Shown: in pieces, positions 25,689 to 33,736 of the stretch
Numbering within the stretch: position 1 is the stretch's first letter
How the letters are laid out: every line of letters starts with the position of its first letter
Notes under the pieces: generated by a model
What the model was told of the DNA's origin: nothing
Databases searched by the model: none
Seen by the model: only the letters and a program-made list of their open reading frames with translations
Position numbers and translations under genes: made by a program
DNA from: an uncultured Candidatus Peribacteria bacterium
GTDB taxonomy: Bacteria; Patescibacteriota; Gracilibacteria; UBA1369
Direction: 5' to 3'
Length of the DNA: 34,019 bases
Assembly: GCA_964435355.1 (NCBI GenBank)
Contig: CAYSYL010000004.1
Coordinates: forward strand, 1 to 34,019

Positions 25689-25982
25689 GTGTTTTTCTCT
25701 TTGATTCTGGAGGCTGTTTCCCCTTTTCTTCTGGCTGGTGGCAACTTCCTTTTGACTGAGTGCCGCTTTCTTGTGGCTGATTACAACTTTCTTTTGTTCA
25801 ATTACCATTTTCTGATGAGTGTTTTCATTTTCCTTTTAATAGTTTCCATCTTTCTCATGGGAAATTTGGAGTTGCTTTCAGCTGGTTACAATTTTCTTGT
25901 GGCTGATTATAAATTTCTTGGGACTGGATGTGACTTTCTTATGGCTGAGTGAGAGTTTCTGATGGGAATAGTTTCTCGACAG
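25689..25982. repeat. 14 x 21-bp degenerate tandem repeat array in exact register (consensus nnGGCTGnnnnnnnnTTTCTT)
   Basis: Consecutive 21-mers with no indels. Examples: gtggctgattacaactttctt (25773-25793), gtggctgattataaatttctt (25899-25919), ctggctggtggcaacttcctt, ttgactgagtgccgctttctt, gggactggatgtgactttctt, atggctgagtgagagtttctg. It overlaps the GTG-initiated 87-aa plus-strand ORF 25689-25952, whose product is built of xxxxxFL heptads. Confidence 0.85.
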
Positions 25983-26062
25983 GAATCAAGGAAATGGTTT
26001 TTACTGTCTTCTGTTGCATTTTTTAAAAAATGTGTTAACATGACCGCCTTTATTTACATGTT

Positions 26063-26581
26063 ATGCGCATTTTAAAACCTATTTTAACTCTTCTTGTTTT
26101 AGCGGCGATTGTTTATTTTGCCTATCAGTGGTTTATTTTTCCTCTTTTCCAGCCGAAGGCCAAAGTCATTCATGTTATGGATGCCGATACTTTGCTTGTA
26201 AAAGAAAACGGGAAGTTGAAAGTAGTCCAACTTATCGGGGTTGATGCTCCTGAAGTAAGTGAGGACGGCAGTCGTCATCAGTGTTTTTATGAAGAGGCTA
26301 AAATAGCTACGGCTCAAGCTTTTTCAAAGACCCGCGATATAGAATTAAAAGCCGATAAGTTGTTGGGGGATACGGATATTTATCTTCGCCCTTTGCGATA
26401 TGTGAAAGTAAAAAATAGTGTTACCGTGAACGAAATGTTACTTCAGGGCGGATTTGCCAAAGTGTATCTTCCGGATCATAAATCTTTTGAGCAGGAAAAA
26501 AAGTATTTACAGCTTGAGTCTGAAGCGCGCGAAAAGAAAGTTGGTTTGTGGAGTACACAAACGTGTCGGGGAATATTTTAA
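26063..26581 (+). CDS. Membrane-anchored staphylococcal-nuclease-like (thermonuclease) protein
   Basis: N-terminal TM anchor (ILKPILTLLVLAAIVYFAYQWFIF). SNase motifs VIHVMDADTLLV ... VQLIGVDAPE ... RPLRYV ... NEMLLQGGFAKVY ... EAREKKVGLW. Confidence 0.85.
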   Translation: MRILKPILTLLVLAAIVYFAYQWFIFPLFQPKAKVIHVMDADTLLVKENGKLKVVQLIGVDAPEVSEDGSRHQCFYEEAKIATAQAFSKTRDIELKADKLLGDTDIYLRPLRYVKVKNSVTVNEMLLQGGFAKVYLPDHKSFEQEKKYLQLESEAREKKVGLWSTQTCRGIF

Positions 26582-26601
26582 TTTTCTTTCTGGGAGGTGT
26601 C

Positions 26602-29600
26602 TCAGCTGCAACCTGAAGTCTCACCGCAATCCAAACATTTATAACAGCTTCCGTTTCGTACCATGACCGAGCCGCAGGCGCTGCATATGGAAGCGTCTTC
26701 GTTGTTGAGATGCAAGGCCATATCTTTTTGCATTTTCGCGAACTCATCTTTTGTGACGGCATGAGCTGTTTGAGTTTTGGTCATGACCGGTATTTTAGCG
26801 TCAGTTGCTGATACTTTTGTTGCCGGTGTTGGGTTTTGGTGAGGTCGATCCGCTATGAAAGCTGCCGTGACATCTTCCATTTTCCCTGTCCCGTGCTCGA
26901 GTGGAACCTGTCGAAGCATGATGCTGGTCCCATTATCGTAGGCACGATCAACAAGGTCTGCATTATGGTATTTTTTCGCCGTTTCCCGAGGTAAAAATTT
27001 GAGGGCCAACCAACGACCAATGTAATCCATGATAGATTTTACCATCGGAATATCACGGTTTCCCGTCATTCCGGCCGGTTCAAATCGGGAATGGCAGAAT
27101 TTGCTGACAAGAACTTCGAGTGGTACTCCATATTGCAAGTTCATCGATACTGAGAGGGCGAGGGCATCCATGATACCGGAGAGCGTTGACCCCTCTTTGC
27201 TCATCTTAATGAAGATTTCACCGGGGACGCCATCATCGTAAAGACCGACGGTAAGATACCCCTCATGTCCCGAGATGGAAAACTTATGAGTGATGCTGTG
27301 ACGCTCTGGAGGAAGTTTTCTTCGAAGAGGTTTTTGAACGATTTTTTCAATAACCTGTTGCACCTGTTGCGGCCCAACGGTTTCGTCAATTTCATCCTCT
27401 TTCCCGAACTGGAAGAGATCGCCGAACGTGGCATCTTTTGAAGAGGTGTTGAGCGGCTGATTCAGTTTGGAGTTATCACGATAGACGGCATTACATTTCA
27501 ACATCAGTTCCCAGCTTTCCATGTAGGCTTTCTGGATATCCGTCACTTTGCATTCTTCCGGCATGTTAACGGTTTTTGAAATGGAGCCACTGATAAATGG
27601 TTGAGCCGCTGCCATCATGCGCAAATGGCCGACGTAAGGGATGAATCTCTTACCTCTTTTGCCACATTTATTGGCACAATCGAAAACGGCATAATGTTTT
27701 TCTTTGAGGTGGGGAGCCCCTTCTATCATCATGGTGCCGCAAACGTATTCGTTGGCTTCTTCGATCTGCTCTTTGCTGAAACCGAGCGCCAGAAGCATAT
27801 CAAATTCCATGTCATTTAACTCATTGTCTCCCATGCCGAGCACTGTACTGCAGAACTCTTCACCCAGGCTGAATTTATTGAACGCGAATTTTAGTTCAAA
27901 TACACCGGCTAATTGCGCTTCTATCGCCGCGAGTTCTTTTTCGGTGAACCCTTTTTGTCTGAGACTTGCAGGGTTGATGTGAGGACAACCGTTCAAAGAG
28001 GCATGTCCTTTTACATATTTTTCGATGTCGCTTATTTGGCTTTCACTGTAACCAAGAGCTGACAAAGCCGGATGCAGCGACTGGTTCATAATCTTGAAAT
28101 AGCCTCCTCCTACCAATTTTTTAAATTTTATGAGAGCAAAATCCGGCTCGATTCCTGTCGTATCACAATCCATGACAAGTCCGATGGTTCCCGTTGGAGC
28201 TATAACTGTCACCTGGGCGTTGCGATAGCCAAACTCAGTCCCCCACTGAAGAGCTCTGTCCCAACAGTCCTGAGCGGTTTGAAGGAGATCTTTCGGTGCA
28301 TATTCTGGATTAATTCCCTGAGGAGTTACCGTTAATCCTTCGTATTCTTTCTTTTCAGCATTATAAGCAGCACGACGGTGGTTACGAATAACCCGGAGCA
28401 TATGTTCCTTGTTTTTTCCATATTTTCTGAAAGGGCCAAGTACTTTTGCCATTTCGGCCGAGGTGGCATATGACTCTCCACATAAGATCGAGGTGATAGC
28501 TCCACATACGGCATAGGCTTCCTCGGAAGTGTAAGGAATACCCATTTGCATGAGAACGGTTCCGATATTGGCATATCCTAAACCTAATGTTCTGAAATCG
28601 TAGCTGAGTTCGGCTATCTCTTTTGAAGGGAACTGCGCCATGAGGACGGAAATTTCGAGAACGATAGTCCAGAGGCGAACGGTGTGTTTGTACCCTTCGA
28701 TATCGAATTTTTTTGTGATGGGATCGTAAAATTTTATGAGATTGATGGAGGCCAAATTGCATGCCGTATCATCCAAAAACATATATTCGGAACATGGGTT
28801 GCTGGCATTAATGCGTCCATCTTCAGGACAGGTGTGCCATTCATTGATCGTGGTATCATATTGAATTCCAGGATCAGCGCAAGCCCAAGCAGCATATGCC
28901 ACCTGATCCCATAATTTCCGGGCTGGTATCGTCTTGTATACCTTATTATTTATTCTGTTTTTTAATTCCCATGAGCCATCCGTTTTAACCGCATTGATGA
29001 AATCGTTCGGAACGCGAACCGAGTTATTGGAGTTTTGTCCACCGACCGTAAGGTAAGCTTCGGATCTGAAATCCGTATCGTATCGACGAAAATTGAACTC
29101 TTCCGGCTTCATCCCGTCCTCTACCTGCATTAAAACTCTTTTTATATATTTGAGAGGAACATGTTTTTTATTTGCCTGTTTAATGAGTTTTTTAAGGGTT
29201 GGATTTTTTTCCGGATCGATGCCATTCTCACTGGCGGAGTCAACTATCTTTTTCAATTCTTCATAGCAGATATGAGAGCCTGCATTTAAAGCAGCCACTT
29301 TTTGCTCTTCGATCACTTTCCATGTTACAAACTGCTCGATTTCCGGATGATCCATATCCAGACAGACCATTTTAGCGGCCCGACGGGTGGTACCTCCTGA
29401 TTTGATGGCGCCCGCGGCACGATCAAGTACCGCTAAAAAGCTCATTAATCCTGAAGAGATGCCTCCTCCGGATAACGATTCATTTCCTCCACGAAGCTTG
29501 GAAAAGTTGGTCCCTGTTCCCGATCCATATTTAAAGAGGCGCGCTTCACGGATTACCAGGTCGAAAATCCCTCCTTCATTTACCAAATCATCCTGCACCG

Positions 29601-30225
29601 ATTGAATAAAACAGGCATGAGGCTGTGGACGAGTATAGGCATCTTTGGATTTCATTAATTTTTCCGTAACCGGGTCTATATAGTAGTGCCCCTGGGCTTC
29701 CCCAGTAATGCCGTAGGAATGAGCCAAGCCAGTATTAAACCACTGAGGGCTGTTAGGAGCACACATTTGGCCCGCGATCATATATTTCAATTCATCTTCA
29801 AAAGCCTGTGCATCTTCTTTAGTATCGAAGTATCCATACTTTTCTCCCCAGTGTCTCCACGTTGAAGCCAAGCGGTTTGCTACCATTTTTATCGAGGTTT
29901 CACCTCCCATTATTACCTGTCCTTCTTTGTCTTTCTTCGTTTCTCCTTTTTCATCTACCTGAGGGACTCCTTTCTTTCGGCAGTATTTTTGCGCCAAGAT
30001 GTCGGTGGCTACCTGAGACCAAAATTTCGGAACTTCCACGTCCTTCATTTCAAAAACTATGGATCCATCCGGATTTACGATCCGGGACGTCCTTTTATCA
30101 TATTCAAAATAAGAAAAAGGATCTTTTCCTGCCTCGGTAAAAAATCGTTGGATTTTGAGTCCTTTTTTTACTCTTTCAGTGAGAGAAACAGCGGCAACGG
30201 GACGGGAAGTTTTTTTTAATGCCAT
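26602..30225 (-). CDS. nrdJ: Adenosylcobalamin-dependent ribonucleoside reductase (class II RNR, long form)
   Basis: 1207 aa. Motifs include ACFIQSVQDDL, GSGTGTNFSKLRG, the active-site NPCSEYMFLDDTACNLASINL, TVIAPTGTIGLVMDCDTTGIEPDF and SISKTVNMPEE. The C-terminal Cys-rich tail is CSACGSVMVRNGSCYKCLDCGETSGCS. Confidence 0.93.
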   Translation of the reverse strand: MALKKTSRPVAAVSLTERVKKGLKIQRFFTEAGKDPFSYFEYDKRTSRIVNPDGSIVFEMKDVEVPKFWSQVATDILAQKYCRKKGVPQVDEKGETKKDKEGQVIMGGETSIKMVANRLASTWRHWGEKYGYFDTKEDAQAFEDELKYMIAGQMCAPNSPQWFNTGLAHSYGITGEAQGHYYIDPVTEKLMKSKDAYTRPQPHACFIQSVQDDLVNEGGIFDLVIREARLFKYGSGTGTNFSKLRGGNESLSGGGISSGLMSFLAVLDRAAGAIKSGGTTRRAAKMVCLDMDHPEIEQFVTWKVIEEQKVAALNAGSHICYEELKKIVDSASENGIDPEKNPTLKKLIKQANKKHVPLKYIKRVLMQVEDGMKPEEFNFRRYDTDFRSEAYLTVGGQNSNNSVRVPNDFINAVKTDGSWELKNRINNKVYKTIPARKLWDQVAYAAWACADPGIQYDTTINEWHTCPEDGRINASNPCSEYMFLDDTACNLASINLIKFYDPITKKFDIEGYKHTVRLWTIVLEISVLMAQFPSKEIAELSYDFRTLGLGYANIGTVLMQMGIPYTSEEAYAVCGAITSILCGESYATSAEMAKVLGPFRKYGKNKEHMLRVIRNHRRAAYNAEKKEYEGLTVTPQGINPEYAPKDLLQTAQDCWDRALQWGTEFGYRNAQVTVIAPTGTIGLVMDCDTTGIEPDFALIKFKKLVGGGYFKIMNQSLHPALSALGYSESQISDIEKYVKGHASLNGCPHINPASLRQKGFTEKELAAIEAQLAGVFELKFAFNKFSLGEEFCSTVLGMGDNELNDMEFDMLLALGFSKEQIEEANEYVCGTMMIEGAPHLKEKHYAVFDCANKCGKRGKRFIPYVGHLRMMAAAQPFISGSISKTVNMPEECKVTDIQKAYMESWELMLKCNAVYRDNSKLNQPLNTSSKDATFGDLFQFGKEDEIDETVGPQQVQQVIEKIVQKPLRRKLPPERHSITHKFSISGHEGYLTVGLYDDGVPGEIFIKMSKEGSTLSGIMDALALSVSMNLQYGVPLEVLVSKFCHSRFEPAGMTGNRDIPMVKSIMDYIGRWLALKFLPRETAKKYHNADLVDRAYDNGTSIMLRQVPLEHGTGKMEDVTAAFIADRPHQNPTPATKVSATDAKIPVMTKTQTAHAVTKDEFAKMQKDMALHLNNEDASICSACGSVMVRNGSCYKCLDCGETSGCS

Positions 30226-30293
30226 AAGAATGGAATTTATGAGGATTTAAAGAGGAAAGGAATGAAATTTCGAGGAAGAGAAAGTAAGACAAC

Positions 30294-30309
30294 CCCCTAT
30301 ATATAGTGG
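30294..30309. promoter_or_regulatory. NrdR box upstream of nrdJ
   Basis: cccCTATATATAGtgg. The 10-bp core matches the central CwAtATaTwG of the published 16-bp NrdR-box consensus acaCwAtATaTwGtgt. It lies 69-84 nt upstream of the nrdJ ATG. Weaker core-like sites occur at 30339-30348 (ccaaatattg) and 30358-30367 (caagatattc). Confidence 0.6.
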
Positions 30310-30531
30310 GCTAGGCTTTAAAATCTTCTATTTTCATACCAAATATTGAACGAGTCACAAGATATTCCCTTCATCTTCACCCGTCAAGAAATAAGAAGTA
30401 AATTTCCTCCAATTTACTTGCCTAAATTTAAAATCACCTCTTTGGTTATAATAGTTTGTTTCCCGTAAAATATATTTTGGAAAGAGCAACAAAATATGTA
30501 AAAATCGCCTTGAGATTTTTAATAGAATGCC

Positions 30532-31362
30532 ATGAAAAAAATACGCCCCCATCCCGGGAAGGTTTTATCACCTTCTTTTCTCCCTTTTTGTCTTATTTTA
30601 GCAAAAAAAGCTGGTTTTATTTTAAAGAAGTACAGCGAGGATGGATTTCATATTTATCATAAGAAGCAGTTAAGCAATAACCTTGTGACAGAGGCGGATC
30701 GAGCCAGTGAAAAATATATTGTCGAGCAGATACGCCGGAAGTTTCCGACCCATGCGATTGTGGGTGAAGAGGGTGGTAAGCAAGGAGCTGGGAAGGCTTC
30801 GCATCCTTTATATCGATGGATCATTGACCCCTTGGATGGGACGCTTAATTTTACTCATGGATTTCCAGCATTTGCCATATCCATTGCTTTAGAATTTCAA
30901 AAAGAAATTATACTCGGAGTGGTGTATGCTCCCCTCCTCGGAGAAATTTTTTATGCGGAACGCGGGAAAGGAGCTTTTTACGTTTTCCACCTATCGGGAA
31001 AAAAGGCAAAGAAGTTAACGGTCAGTGATGTAAAGAGAGTACGTGAGAGTTTGCTTGCGACAGGACTTCACTCCAAGGACACCTCGGGAAATCTTCCGGC
31101 TTTTCAACACTTTTTGTATAAATCCCAGGGGATACGCCGCACCGGATCGGCCGCCCTTGATTTATGTTACGTGGCTGCGGGACGTTTCGACGGTTTTTGG
31201 GAGCCAGGTTTATCTTCGTGGGATATCGCTGCGGGTTCTCTTATTGTTGAAGAGGCCGGAGGCAAGGTTTCCAATTATAATGGGAAGAAACTAGATCTTG
31301 AGGCGGAGAATATTGTGGCGTCGAATGGGTTGATCCATAAAGAGATTTGCAACCATTTATAA
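30532..31362 (+). CDS. suhB: Inositol monophosphatase family protein (SuhB-like)
   Basis: Motifs VTEADRASEKYI, WIIDPLDGTLNFTHGFP, and RRTGSAALDLCYVAAGRFDGFWE ... SWDIAAG. Confidence 0.87.
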   Translation: MKKIRPHPGKVLSPSFLPFCLILAKKAGFILKKYSEDGFHIYHKKQLSNNLVTEADRASEKYIVEQIRRKFPTHAIVGEEGGKQGAGKASHPLYRWIIDPLDGTLNFTHGFPAFAISIALEFQKEIILGVVYAPLLGEIFYAERGKGAFYVFHLSGKKAKKLTVSDVKRVRESLLATGLHSKDTSGNLPAFQHFLYKSQGIRRTGSAALDLCYVAAGRFDGFWEPGLSSWDIAAGSLIVEEAGGKVSNYNGKKLDLEAENIVASNGLIHKEICNHL

Positions 31363-31401
31363 AGCTGGTACACTAACCTTCGCCGTAATTTAGGAAGGTG
31401 T

Positions 31402-31478
31402 GTGCCCGTAGCTCAGATGGATAGAGCGTTGGTTTGCGGAGCCAAAGGTCGCGCGTTCGACTCGCGCCGGGCACACCA
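31402..31478 (+). tRNA. tRNA-Arg (anticodon GCG), CCA encoded
   Basis: Hand-folded cloverleaf. Acceptor stem gtgcccg/cgggcac. D arm gctc-agatggata-gagc. Anticodon arm ttggt-ttGCGga-gccaa. Variable loop aggtc. T arm gcgcg-ttcgact-cgcgc. Discriminator A, then CCA. Confidence 0.9.
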
Positions 31479-32615
31479 GAACTTTAAAATTTCAACATTT
31501 GAGCCTTTTTCCTTATCAGAAAGGGCTTTTTGCGGTTCGAGCCGAGAAAATATCTTAAAGATAGGATTATATTCGATTTCAAGCTCACCATCACATAGAA
31601 AGTACTTATAGCCAACGGTTTTCAATATCAAATGTTTCTGTTCGACCGACTGAGCAGTTCGAAATTTATAAACTAACTTCGCAGAGAATTCAAAAGTTTG
31701 CTCACATTTCTCAAGCCAGCTCTTCTGGTTATTTTCAGATTCATCAATTTTCCTCTTTAATAAGCTCAACTGCTCTTGTAATAAAGCCTTTTGTCTCAAA
31801 TATTCTTCATCACTTAAAAGACTCCCATTTACATTGGAGGGGGAGATCCTTAGCTGGAGTAGGTTATCCAGACGTTGTTGATGGTCATTATAGTCCAATC
31901 GTAGTTTGTGTGTGCCTCCAGCTATAAGGCTTGCTTCTTCTTTATGTATTTTTGCTAATTTCTTTAACCCCCATTCCACAAAAAAAGGATGGAGCTGAAC
32001 TTTTTCAAGAAGCTTAACAATTTTTTCTTCCATTTTATCTTCTCGTACATAAGGTTGCCTACAGGCACCTCTCTTCTTAGTGCAACGATAATAAGTATAA
32101 CCTTTCTGAACTTCGGCGGTAATCATTCCACCGCAATCAGAACACTGTATTAAACCGGTATAATAAAACTCGCGCCAATGTTTTCTAGGCTTCGCTTTAT
32201 CGGTCAAAGCTATTTGGACTTTTTCAAATAAATCTCTCGAAATAAGGGGCTCATAATTGCCAAGGTACTCTTCTTCTTTATACCTCATCACCCCACAGTA
32301 AAATTTACTGCTTAGGAGTTTACTGATTGAAGATTTATCAAAGGGGCGATCCCCTTTCTTTGAATGGATTCCCATACCGTAAGCTAATTTTGCTAATTGT
32401 TCTAGCGTATAGACACCTTTAGCTGCTTCTACGGCAAGCTTTTGAATAGAAGGGCCTAGAAGAGGATCAATTTCGATCCGCTTTAAAGGTCTCTTAAGAG
32501 CAATTAACATTTCTTGTTTTTTATGATCATAGAGTTTACCGGCTATTCTCCCATTACGATCAATATTTAAATAACCTACAGGGGCAACTCCTACCCACTC
32601 CCCTTTTTCCAGTTT
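31413..32615 (-). pseudogene. Large serine recombinase lacking its N-terminal resolvase catalytic domain
   Basis: The frame is open from 32615. It encodes the recombinase domain start (LEKGEWVGVAPVGYLNIDRNG), then the Zn-ribbon (CSDCGGMITAEVQKGYTYYRCTKKRGAC) and a coiled coil. A stop lies immediately upstream (32616-32618), and the next gene starts at 32653 on the other strand. No catalytic Ser domain of ~140 aa is therefore present. The 3' end of the ORF reads antisense through the terminator into tRNA-Arg. Confidence 0.75.
31502..31531 (+). terminator. Probable rho-independent terminator after tRNA-Arg
   Basis: agcctttt-loop-aaagggct (one G-U pair) followed by TTTTT. Confidence 0.5.
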
Positions 32616-32652
32616 TTATTTTGAGGCAGAAAATTGGAAAAATTTAGAGCAG

Positions 32653-33129
32653 ATGGTTAGGAATTGGAAAAATAAAGCTTTACTTAAAAGACGGTATAAA
32701 ATATTGATGGATTGCGTAGTATTTATAAAAATTGCTGGCAAAAGAAGAATAAACAGTGCTAATGCGGTCTTACCTACCTTAATAACTCAAATCGACGGCG
32801 CTTTGAGCGACTTTCTAGATTCCAAACATATCCAATGGGATTGTGATTATGATGATTGGGTTGATCTTAAGACCGGAAAGATTAGAAAAGTTGGAAGAAA
32901 GACTCAATATAAAAATTCAAAGCCAAAGGTTTTAAGTCATTCTCTTGATGATCTTGCAAACGATATATTTTTGAATATCTTGTTCCAAAAATCTCAAAGT
33001 GGAAAACCGCTTAACACACCATTTAATTTCAATAGGCACAAAATAATTCATGGCGAAAGTGTTAAATACGGTAGAAAAGATTATTTAATTCGAGCATTCA
33101 TGGTCTTGGATTTGCTTGCACATCTTTAA
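32653..33129 (+). CDS. Hypothetical protein with a C-terminal HEPN-like Rx4H motif
   Basis: 158 aa. The C-terminal segment FNFNRHKIIHGESVKYGRKDYLIRAFMVLDLLAHL contains R-x4-H followed by an amphipathic helix, as seen in many HEPN nuclease families. The assignment rests on this motif only. Confidence 0.4.
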   Translation: MVRNWKNKALLKRRYKILMDCVVFIKIAGKRRINSANAVLPTLITQIDGALSDFLDSKHIQWDCDYDDWVDLKTGKIRKVGRKTQYKNSKPKVLSHSLDDLANDIFLNILFQKSQSGKPLNTPFNFNRHKIIHGESVKYGRKDYLIRAFMVLDLLAHL

Positions 33130-33262
33130 TAAAAGTAGAATCGATAAATTTCAAAAATATAATTAGGGATGTCGGACAATAAATTTATCATTTTTAAAGG
33201 CTCTTCAGTTGCACATACGGCTTGCACGTGTTAACCTACTATCCCAGAAAAACACCACAAAC

Positions 33263-33736
33263 ATGACAACACCAAAAACCAAACAGCTGCTTGCTTATTT
33301 ATCTAGCAAGCATATAAATGCATCGCTGACTGTTTTGATGAAACTTGCTTATTTGGTTGACCTCATTAGTTACAAAAAAAATAAAAAACAAATCTCTGAC
33401 TTTAGATATATAAGATTTTACTACGGTCCTTATGATTCAGCGATAAACGAATATATCGAAGAACTATTAAAAGAAGGCATTATCTGTGCACAGCCCGAAT
33501 ATACTTATTCAGGTAGTGAGTACATAATTTACCATTTTAATACTGATAAAGGATTTTCCTTCGATGCCTTGGAGATACCTGAAATTGAATTGATAGATGG
33601 AGTTCTGGAAGGTCTCAAAGGATATGGAGCAAAAACGTTAACAGATATAGCATATAAGACAGCTCCATTAGTTAAATTGAAAGCTACACAGGGGGGAAAA
33701 GAACATCTAGGAGAATTACTTGATCTCGGTGCATGA
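33263..33736 (+). CDS. Panacea (DUF4065, SocA/PanA-like) antitoxin-domain protein
   Basis: LTVLMKLAYLVDLISYKKNKKQISDFRYIRFYYGPYDSAINEYIEELLKEG fits the KLxYLxD ... GPY core of the Panacea domain. ATG 33263 is preferred over the TTG 33209 given in the ORF track. Confidence 0.65.
   Translation: MTTPKTKQLLAYLSSKHINASLTVLMKLAYLVDLISYKKNKKQISDFRYIRFYYGPYDSAINEYIEELLKEGIICAQPEYTYSGSEYIIYHFNTDKGFSFDALEIPEIELIDGVLEGLKGYGAKTLTDIAYKTAPLVKLKATQGGKEHLGELLDLGA

Noticed and set aside
25689-25982. CRISPR array
   Set aside because: The 21-bp units abut each other with no unique spacers and are degenerate rather than near-identical. No cas genes are nearby.
25689-25982. Replication origin / DnaA-box cluster, because TGTGGCTGA in units 5 and 11 resembles TGTGGATAA
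   Set aside because: There are two mismatches to the DnaA box, and the motif is present in only a minority of units. There is no dnaA or dnaN neighbourhood and no obvious AT-rich unwinding element. The idea is kept only as a weak alternative within the binding-array hypothesis.
26017-26032. 16-bp perfect palindrome CATTTTTTAAAAAATG upstream of the nuclease gene, and TAAAATATTTTA at 4506-4517 upstream of the peroxiredoxin gene, as operators
   Set aside because: Both are pure A/T homopolymer-type palindromes in AT-rich intergenic DNA. Chance occurrence is high, and neither matches a known operator such as the PerR box.
26602-30225. Intein or other insertion explaining the 1207-aa length of NrdJ
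   Set aside because: The translation is continuous RNR-like sequence. There are no Cys/Ser...His-Asn-Cys splice-junction blocks and no homing-endonuclease motifs. Long-form class II RNRs with a helical insertion and a Cys-rich tail are known.
31402-31611. 69-aa plus-strand ORF ([25 protein letters not shown]...)
   Set aside because: It is a translation of tRNA-Arg and its terminator, not a gene.
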